From Akkermansia muciniphila (GTDB lineage: Bacteria > Verrucomicrobiota > Verrucomicrobiia > Limisphaerales > F1-80-MAGS106), in NCBI GenBank assembly GCA_945865375.1, contig CAMBEJ010000003.1:9862-73861 (forward strand): 64,000 nucleotides of DNA, given 5' to 3'. A program made the position numbers and the translations under genes. The notes beneath the pieces are model-generated. The model was given only the letters and a program-made list of their open reading frames with translations. It was not told where the DNA came from and did no database searches. Positions 61,301 through 64,000 of the stretch are shown one piece after another (the stretch's first letter is position 1; every line of letters starts with the position of its first letter).

Positions 61301-62567
61301 CCTCCCAGGTGAGCCCGTCATCCAGCGACCGGAACACGCCCGCTGATTGTCCCCCTTTACCGGCGCTGCTGAATGTCCCCGTTCCCACGAACACCGTTCC
61401 GGGATTCACGGGGCTCACCGCCAAGGCTCCGATGGACAACGAAGGAAGATGGTCGCCGATGGGGGTCCAAGTCGGGCTCGCCGTGTTGAAATTCGTCGAT
61501 TTCCAAACCCCTCCGCTCGCTGCCCCCAGGTAAGCGACGGCGGCATCCGTCGGATGAGGAACCAAAGTTTGAACTGCCCCGATAACAGGATTGTTTGGCG
61601 AGACCAGCGTGTTCGCGTTATTGATGATGCTGAAAGGGCCCTCCTCCTTCCATGTCACGGCCTCGTTCAGGAGGGTGACTGAGGGCAGGCTCGGAACAAA
61701 CCGAAGCACCAAATCCTTGCTGTTCGTAGATATATCCAGAAGAAAACTGCCGGAGCCCAGATCGTTGACGCTCGCGAAGGCGGAGGCATCCAACGTAAAC
61801 TTGCTGCGCTCGAATCCCTGAATCCCTTGGGTGGTGTGCAGGATCCTCCAACTGCCAGCCGCTGTCTTGTCGAAATGTTCGGCTGAAGTCGCGATACCAA
61901 CGCCGTTTACGGAGTTAATTTCGATTTTGAAAGTACTTGCGGCTGTAGCGCTTATAGTTAATATCCCATGCACCTCAACAAGGTCCCAGCCCGGAGACTC
62001 CCCTTCAACACCCGCTGCGTCATCCATATCCCAGACGTAATTCTCGGTTCCGCTCCAAGCTTCATCCGTCGCCACAGACTCCTTGCCCGACAATTGGGTC
62101 GCTGAACTCGTTGATTCGCTCACTAAAGTTCGGCGAATCGAACCGGAATTGGGAGAGTTTAGATCGAAGGCAGGGGGCCCATTGGCGGACCGGAGTGTTT
62201 CAACGATTTGCTGAATGGTCGGATTCAATATCTGGCCCACATCCCCCTCGGAGACACTTTTCTCAAGGGTTGGCTGTGAACCAGACTCTTCATCGAGTAG
62301 TTTAGCCGCTTCCAGGTGCCCGGCAACTCCTCTGTCATCCAAACCGATGTCATCCGAAGCAATCGACGAAGCGGGCTCCGGAGTCGCGGTCGGAGTCGGA
62401 GTCGGGGCTACCAAGGGTTCGTAGGTGCTAAAATCTGACTCAAACAATTTCTCGGCATCACCCAATGAAAGCTGTTGAGAAATGTCTGCATGGGTTCGTT
62501 GTTCGGCTTCGGTGACAGGAACAGGAAGCAGGGGGCCTGGGAACGCGTCTCCCGACGGCGAGAGCAA
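43392..62567 (-). CDS. Giant (at least 6,391 aa) repetitive extracellular protein: Asp-box/BNR propeller, long unassigned region, RTX Ca-binding repeats, Calx-beta-like x6, SdrD-B/CnaB-like x3
   Basis: Single uninterrupted ORF. The track start is TTG 62567, but the frame stays open to 62675 (see findings). Asp-box motifs are RSLDDGLTWEE and RSLDDGERWDRL. There are many GGxGxDxL nonapeptides. Calx-beta-like blocks have the form GTAT.G.DY......F..GET.K...V.I..D...E..E.F. SdrD-B-like blocks include GRVWLDNNPADNRR..GVKDVQVNLFD. Confidence 0.9.
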   Translation of the reverse strand: MLSPSGDAFPGPLLPVPVTEAEQRTHADISQQLSLGDAEKLFESDFSTYEPLVAPTPTPTATPEPASSIASDDIGLDDRGVAGHLEAAKLLDEESGSQPTLEKSVSEGDVGQILNPTIQQIVETLRSANGPPAFDLNSPNSGSIRRTLVSESTSSATQLSGKESVATDEAWSGTENYVWDMDDAAGVEGESPGWDLVEVHGILTISATAASTFKIEINSVNGVGIATSAEHFDKTAAGSWRILHTTQGIQGFERSKFTLDASAFASVNDLGSGSFLLDISTNSKDLVLRFVPSLPSVTLLNEAVTWKEEGPFSIINNANTLVSPNNPVIGAVQTLVPHPTDAAVAYLGAASGGVWKSTNFNTASPTWTPIGDHLPSLSIGALAVSPVNPGTVFVGTGTFSSAGKGGQSAGVFRSLDDGLTWEEVGSFDGLRITRIVPSSTTAGLVLVSTFDQVSSSASVPGRGGLYRSLDDGERWDRLSGIGTPALPEFDVSDVAEEPGSAGRFYVAISSASVLGAPGVKGVFRADNANAPLVASISWANVTAGLTPDYDNDGVASEAGETVDAASRIRLAVSGLGTKSVYVAIIGPNPSKANSPMLAGVFRSINQGGAWLPLGKFPSATSSDVPQTNPTGQGDKHFAIAADPLSDDRVYIAGAIYSTNPYVATAYRWDSNASTWSPITSDDGSGPGANTSAPHGDVRGLVFSINKNDLSLVSDGGPYRLSNPRADNPAPKWQFIGQGLRVTEIAHSVAYDHNTNSIFAGTQDVGVVRQTAGGQVWDSLTGGDGNNVGVGYDGTTSTRFFMSNNFNGFFLRRFTDPSDADDFSDATTLTLKSISNAANNSGLDNAQQVGGTAATDRGFKGFQNIPFVVNAINQKWLLMGRTMVYVSTDEGNEIRVLTALASNNRDVTALAYGGRESNTDEPGIIYVARGAMISVSSDDGAKFQSVTAPGSGAITSIALDPNDWRSAFAVDRNHIWYVRVEDNGSLTVRDATANLKTITGGFEAVEVWRSGENLYIAAGTHNGVYWTSADDLGLVALGLVDWSRLGEDMPNVSVPDLVYDAVDDILVAGTQGRGAWSLSNISRLLVHDVVLRIETGAGNDIVKLRLKEAAAAPAELEILVDEVLLESVMLSTVRRISIHTGGGNDKLILDSVHGEIVVPGGIEFDGGDQIAAAPGDELDFQGPAASKLEVATEGEIEIRQLGLQKVYARHVETFNDTTSFEDFVSFWRNIWDSITGFFGAIGDALSPDLPVIGDALGSGLNGADFAKKNPIGFPSGGPGAPVPGGSGGDTNSLWRRLFESGSKFRPADLGTLINSASDFQAVLESLDNIPSNVTVDDDPNELILGDLSNPAKPFRRNVAFEVPINLDLLGGLLRIHGNLEMSADFDFMLKMGADARGFYVATDASALPEFTLRNLKVNGSLTASGNFGLLAVTLENATINLASGVGIKIDITEPVDPFGHVSDGKIRLYEFLNNPVSFFNIGLATDALADDLVLQMGIRVAAMEPGGPPLFDFPLATVQLIWPEINDPLKVTVKPVGGPAEILYRLLNFRIDDLYSELKRTINGLGGLSGSAMLGLELPFGSGLDVGASFDFSGAFLDKIFAKLVDIQIVASTGNGNATGKLAQGQLTANAVFALTIDNAPAKTVTVTKASTDTGADKNNTLADLVKDINEALTAAGLAGKAQAFLKGPQIALRLIAGGSLKITGEASNPAFTEIGFTRDDGGMSLPKFPSLQQVVAELKKAIAPFDINPRVDIANKTFALDLSFGYHVIKTTPFQYDSDIGLGDLADVSASGIFTITGDASVALTIGVDLKDATAPKLITSPTLPPPSSGSTTAVATFGINLNDGEYRAGFLLPKKTRASLQELINDLNGLLAGAADFRGTPLRQVIHFTATTSGPGLILEAVNEDLDADGKLDKVNEDTNGNHVLDAAEDLDADGRLDVNEDVLIDDPLFKNNLKLDSWLGKVGSIAIESANNDPIVTELGFNNVIPARSGSWGMFLENVNLGGTLAVAANNLKAKARFAIFEISTSGGTASGALSVTLKLSNPHAADPLHPTRLDLDVLLRHMNDLGSYVTPDTQTSGFVDIQLKNIKVLPDLPTASGNPLIPAGSQLGIFVPDFHDIHFNPDPYDVATNKKGVFVTFPAIGSFGDFRCTTFLDVVAILDSLSDELEGLKAFSFLSEPLPLVNVSVSDVLDFAGDLSRLFKKLSQGDGAAITQLETDIENFLGLSPSKFSITLDDARKSGPAGGSAAVRAVAWFNPSGAKNALLFTAKNTGTEFNQWKIVYDDDGSLPSGTDAADVLADAVKKTLTIHYNATYTKAETVRLKVNSSATSPFTASLDTSAGPVGDGPTNNGSNTITETALKFHLQFGLSYGNTLPLQFSLGEIVNLLPPGHPARALLEGVSQIIQVEGDAKLNVTASATLDLDFGLDLSGGCNLIPFLYDTTAMTLSAAVRATGVNLSAGIGSLKVSVKNGTVTLDKDGDPTTTDSATFAVGFKDNNGDGRHYFRSGEKFFDSDNIGMTLTGAASANLPLFALDSLPIGGATDGPDAGNEPDNWLVFQSGPLDKLFSGDTSLVLVRAPDISSLFDDINACDLIANPDILVDGLDALLGVIQDGLGSKLSRNMPLVGGQFGKAADFIMEFRTGLLAEFRQTLAEGGDPISLAKQAIFNALGTPGLDILAGVDGSPITNVDQVDIQCVGNAVKFNIRLKKAAKLLDTSSNPIDFDIGIPGLGLSVDGNVKIEAGFDLKLKFVVSATDGFYFDTSDPEELRLDFNVTIPGLKAKGQLLFLQLDVSDESDGKSLVGETRESSRFTGYFSVDLKDPVGSGNKLTIGDMTSSAFSFDKFIEAKLGAEANLALDLSLSFGGDTRFPRIVAEFDLKWSWVLGGDGAGSLAFGFHNVSLDIGSFISQFMGPIFKELKEITGPLEPVVDVITAPLPIISDIAGRDYSLLDLAEAFGMITPSTREFIDVLVVVIRLANSTVANDGSILLPLGSFDIEMDKFGNLQRKAGQVDGATVGIGDVGKFIVAPGWVTGSQISPANAGQAVGKENVSGGILSFLDDLEKIGITLPFLSIGEISKLFLGKPISLFEYHLPVLDFQAGFEIAIPIIGPLYVKFGGKIGAYADLTIGYDTFGIQKFFSSEDKNALDIFDGFYIKDVDKDGKDVPELSFFGQLYAAGSIDIVIAEAGVRGGLEVQVDFNLNDPDDDGRVRISEIVANAKKDIRCIFDIHGKFTAFLEAYLIVDLLLFKIDATFRFAEITLLEFDITCPEPKLADYVDASGNELDAADAGGSLRLNIGKYANEREIGDTTDGNENYKVVHVEDTAAGETVDVSFGGIKQTYRGVKKIWGRGGAGNDVINLRTVTSPVDSSKPERGLHGDDGNDKLYAGRGGGRYDGDNGNDIISAEDVADGYDGRGDEFHGGAGSDELTGLEGDDNLYGDDGSDTLFGGAGNDHLWGGTGNDKLYGSLGDDVIEGNEGADTIDGDEGDDIVSGGAGDDTITGGLGADRLVGGDGDDNIDGGLGNDIILGDNGTIVSFLQATGVDGNGNDLLAGGPGTDVLFGAGGRDALYGGTLLVSGKATPGDTDTDTQDFIDGGDQDDIIYADDAHSAALTTFPGANIGNMVWFDSLDAHGIRNNVRDSHEMGVPGIKVELLDSTDAVVGKTTTDTGGLFKFTGLKGGDYKLRYTLPTGLAFVNKDTGSDDEADSDVNTGTGLTETFHLNDAQIDYSRDAGVKGTQPLLVIDNPSITEADTGQQLLVFTVTLTSVSDQIITVAYESVKGTATNIADYSTVDYTLVFRPGETQKSIEVPILGDFMDEPDQTFTVKLYDPWNAELDPAHKEGVGTIVDDDDAPGVSAVDGVQLSLINPVPEATGMTFVVRLSHPSWQPIKIQYLTQQVVDSSGRRVVDAARPILDYSAVVETVPGVMTFASGEVEKTVVIPIFGDALSEYDEQFQLRIQLDPSTPSDAAKVVRPVATARILDDDPRPFVEFFPTITKTVLEGHAGNTPVTLNVHLSAVSGRDVVINWNTSPGTASNAAPTGQLPDYVYKFETVTIKEGSTDSAIEFEVVGDTHLEPDEYFFVNLLSATNGRLNVIAADLNHAVITIKNDESGDPGPWYVEFARKHYEVKESEGSLDITLVRAEGSSEPVAVYWSVGGTATAGSDYTGIWEKGTSGPRGFVRFEVGETAKVFTVPIVDNDAYEGDETIILNLLNPTGGPVRGLNPTTIITIQEDDPLPTLQIFAVNNMGPDLPDGNSEEDPVPPPGDFDPAFLLFDVIAEGKTEVPVKIDWIALNGTAIAPLDFLPSGGTLNFGVFSGTKILQVKVPIIDDGLSEGLESVIGMISNPVNAEIVYFQDTTYIYDNDFSLVSGRVFYDVDNDGFFDADTDWGLPNVTVKLKDFQNEYTVKTEADGSYKANVYLGTLVVTVDESTTPVDSALTTGNNPLIAEVSTTVLKLRDFGFVTPPKKGKPDTSTGNGLAYFNDVVYGGPGSDVLDGGPGNDWLVGGHWLGPAYGCTGKPYSASLKQADFPDGNRIYVDPASIPAPATITGRVWLDNNPADNRRAVAEVGVKDVQVNLFDSEWVLVGITYTDAVGIYKFEKLAACSYQVQFLVPAGYTLATANVGTDDRDSDANGITGLTDPVVVAAGQTLGNVDAGLHPVAPGTAGPWSLQFSHLVYSVRETDGFATITILRTPGSTQPVGTYWTQGVTATSGLDYTGIWENGAAGVPGRRTIGFGVDENELSFIIPIKKDALTETPPEYFKLFLKNPTGGPVYGNLPEAIVLIFDNPCPDDDTIYGQDGDDIILGDFGYFSNAGLAQLLGGVGNDVLVAGTGADTVYGEGGNDRIEGGVGDDTLNGGGENDSYLFDGDKNLGNDLIIEVASPFGGNDTLDLSQTSSRAISLDLGSTLLQQVTTTLSLTLPAGNVIENAIGGDQNDVLSGNSLDNLLSGGFGNDQFEGKGGNDDLRGGPGSDTYYFDADTILGHDRVVESLSLGTFRDQDRVDFSKTTTLALKLDLGQTISQVVNGNLSLTLSSALGIENLYGGTGNDVLIGNKRNNRIRGGEGNDQVDGGPPGDTSNDTLVEERGGGFNLTDTTLTLISAGETDTYADFENVSLVGDDSDNTLDAQTFGGEVRLEGRGGNDTLIGGSGQNFLSGGSGNDSLTGNGLDTIFEERDANFTLTNSQLKVGLSEVDTYFGTIERVELTGGEGDNLLDAAAFTTGTARLDGRGGNDTLIGTNGPDELIGGAGDDSLQGRDGADVYYFDTDSPLSNVGGDLLIESTTGGVDTLDFAGTTSLGITLDLGSALAQTININLKLRLSARDVFENIIGGQNNDRLLGNDLVNQIEGLRGSDTLTGAKGNDVLNGGVGIDQFGKPFVDRVLEERNANMVLTDSSLVFGGGETDSIIEIEAATLIGGVSNNTLNATAFTGSATLDGRGADDVLLGGSGDDVLIGGAGNDSLTGSGGDDTYSFDADNDLGTDTLNELVGGGIDTLDYAGTSTAIVSVSLLLDTAQIAARTPAPGPLTRHTLDLFSGISIENVIGGSLNDVLSGNSLNNRILGGAGNDFLLGLAGDDWMEGGDGDDLYLFDADGPLGFDHIWEEVGTGGNDTLDFVLTSSSVTVNLGRGIKQVVNPNLSLRLIVAHGVESLIGGSGNDFLIGNSLKNRLSGLGGNDGLAGRRGNDTYVFDADFPLGTDTVVEAEDVEGGVDTLDLSTTTSLPTNVDLSHDTPPAQVVNVNLALNLSSGESLENVLGGQFGSVLTGNSLDNLIVGGSGPDVLAGKAGDDILEGKGGNDNLAGQAGNDTYRFDGDAETGTATIVESVNGGIDTLDFSQTTGVGISINLGNALPQQVKPGLFLNLLANDRIENVIGGSGDDVIQGNSLENHLAGGPGNDRYVFDGDLILGSDIILETSGIGGGVDTLDFSQTTGLSIRVDLAQVTRQIVVIDETTLPDATIHLALEIRNPESIESVIGGAKADKIIGNALNNSLTGGPGNDTLIGGDGVDFVTETRDSDFKLSNATLKIGPSESDSLSSMEGAILTGGAASNTLDASGFTLGAVTLDGGLGNDILRGGASAEDRVVAVRDANMVLTNGTLQIGLETDSITGIERATLVGGAGPNSISAAGFTLGPVLLAGGDGADTLRGGSGDDILVGGLGNDVLDGGPAGLDKVFEIRDANFVLLNGSLQIGAETDTLIGIRAAELTGGDGNNHLDATNFGLGSVVLDGGPGDDNLKGGSRNDRLNGGRGNDTLGGGAGGDVYVFGPSWGVDLVVETPAIISDVDEILFTSDSITATLKPGVGSKVVSNIGVNSVSFADDTVEKIVGSSGSDTFIITPSAVMPLQIEGGGGLEDVLNYDTLGGVTAQTATTLTTPGHKPVTFSGIAVVNLVDPSSIP

Positions 62568-62818
62568 GCCGTCCGAGGAAAGATAGACGCGAGATTCTAG
62601 AAGTTGAAGCTCGAAAGTTTGAATAAGCCTTTTTCTGTTAAATGCCGCCAGGACACAAGGGGCTAAATTGAGCCATTAGTCAAGACCGGCCCGCCCCCGC
62701 CAGCCCGGCAAATCTCACGATCCCGTCAGGTCACGAACTCTGAGGCTTGCAGCAAAACAGCGATGGCGCTCTGAATTGAAGCACCATCCCCGCCGCCGAC
62801 ATCAACATCAATTAGGGT

Positions 62819-64000
62819 TTATTGCCCTTCGATCACCCGATAGAACCGCATGGGGTTCTTGCCCGTATCTTTATCGGTGTAATCGATCACACCGGTGGCT
62901 GTGTTCTCGCTCGCCAGAGTCTGCCATGTCAACAGATCCGTCGAACCCTGCACTCGATACGGCCCGGCTGCCGATGTGAAGCGCAGGACAAACCCGTTCG
63001 CGCTGAGCGAAGCCGTCAGCTTAGTGGGCAACACCACCTTCGTCGTCACTTTCAGCACAGCTTCGTCGCTCGTCGCCGTCCCAGCCGAGCTCTTCACCAC
63101 GACCGAGTACTTCCCCGCGTCCGCGAGCGTCACCTTCGCGAAACTCAGCGTTCCGCCCGTCCGGCTCGTCACATCCTGCCCATCCTTGCGCCACTGGAAC
63201 GTGAACGGCCCGGTCCCGCGTGCTTGCACGAAGAACGCCGCCGCTTCGCCCTCCAGCACTGTCACAGCCTGCGGCTGCGTCGATATCACCGGCGGCGTCG
63301 AAGCTATCGTCACCCCAAAGCTCGTCGTCGCTGTCGCCCCGCCATCGTCGATCGCGGTCAGCGTTATCACCGCTTTGCCGGTCTTCGCCGCGCTCGGATA
63401 CACGGTTACCGTTCGTTGAGCTCCGTTCCCGCTCACCAGAATACCCGCGTCCGCGACAAGCGTCTGAGTGTCGGACCGTGCCAAAACACTGATGGAATCC
63501 AAGGGGGAATCGATGTCGCCCACCGTGAAACTGACGGATTCGGTGGGTGTGCCGGCTTTGCCCGCGACATCCGTGATCGTCGAGATCGTGGGAGAATCGT
63601 TCACGGTCACCACCGACAACGTCACCGTCGCGGGTGCCGAATCCAGGGCGCCGTCATTGACCCGGTACGTGAATTGATCGTTGCCGAATGTGTCGGCGCT
63701 GGCTGTATAGGTCAACTTGGGAACAGTCCCGCTAAGCTTGCCCTTGAGTGGCTGAGTCAGTACGGTAAACGTCAGTGCTTTACCCTCCGGATCCCTCCCA
63801 GCCAGCACCAATGCCTGGGCCGTGTCCTCGGCCAAGGAGAGATTCAGGTCGCTGGCCTCAGGCTGCTGGTTGACCGCCTCCACCGTCACCTTGAAGTTTC
63901 CGCTGGTCACATTTGCCCCGTCCTCAACCAGCAGTGTCAACGTCGCTGTGCCCGTCTTGTTGAACTCAGGCGTCAACAAGATGGTTCGATCCGTGCCGCT
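62819..64000 (-). CDS. Cadherin-like / Ig I-set-like surface protein (N-terminus beyond the window end)
   Basis: The ORF is open to position 64000. Module junctions are VNQQPEA and VNDSPTI. Has an I-set-like block (PPVISTQPQAVTVLEGEAAAFF..FQWRKDG..AGKYSVVVKS). C-terminal module ends in RFYRVIEGQ. Confidence 0.85.
   Translation of the reverse strand, partial: SGTDRTILLTPEFNKTGTATLTLLVEDGANVTSGNFKVTVEAVNQQPEASDLNLSLAEDTAQALVLAGRDPEGKALTFTVLTQPLKGKLSGTVPKLTYTASADTFGNDQFTYRVNDGALDSAPATVTLSVVTVNDSPTISTITDVAGKAGTPTESVSFTVGDIDSPLDSISVLARSDTQTLVADAGILVSGNGAQRTVTVYPSAAKTGKAVITLTAIDDGGATATTSFGVTIASTPPVISTQPQAVTVLEGEAAAFFVQARGTGPFTFQWRKDGQDVTSRTGGTLSFAKVTLADAGKYSVVVKSSAGTATSDEAVLKVTTKVVLPTKLTASLSANGFVLRFTSAAGPYRVQGSTDLLTWQTLASENTATGVIDYTDKDTGKNPMRFYRVIEGQ

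Overview
GC-rich bacterial chromosomal segment. The gene content points to the PVC superphylum, most likely Verrucomicrobiota (inference): a PSCyt1-type cytochrome-c/WD40 protein, GFTLVEIMIVVAIIG-type pseudopilins, GEVED/HYR/Ig I-set surface proteins and a fused membrane/spermidine-synthase protein. Positions 1 to ~27 kb are mostly housekeeping: folD (partial), an SH3b protein, the cytochrome-c/WD40 protein, an RND efflux adaptor plus permease, ptsI, an MMPL-type exporter, yebC, a PolB-like exonuclease, a HEAT-repeat protein, pyrD, two LPS-type glycosyltransferases and an ABC-2 exporter operon. Positions ~28 to 64 kb form a surface-protein island. It holds two orphan pseudopilin genes, a fused membrane/spermidine-synthase/TPR protein, a kexin-like S8 protease and a minus-strand operon of four very large proteins. 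One of these is an uninterrupted 19.2-kb ORF of at least 6,391 aa (Asp-box propeller, ~2,300 aa unassigned, RTX, Calx-beta, SdrD-B-like). I saw no rRNA, tRNA, CRISPR array, integrase or transposase gene. Most of the larger intergenic spacers in the first 25 kb carry short non-autonomous repeats. I could define three MITE-like families with terminal inverted repeats; each has at least one copy with an exact target-site duplication. There is also a class of hairpins whose stems are built from tandem 6-9-nt units. All domain calls come from reading motifs by eye; no database search was possible.
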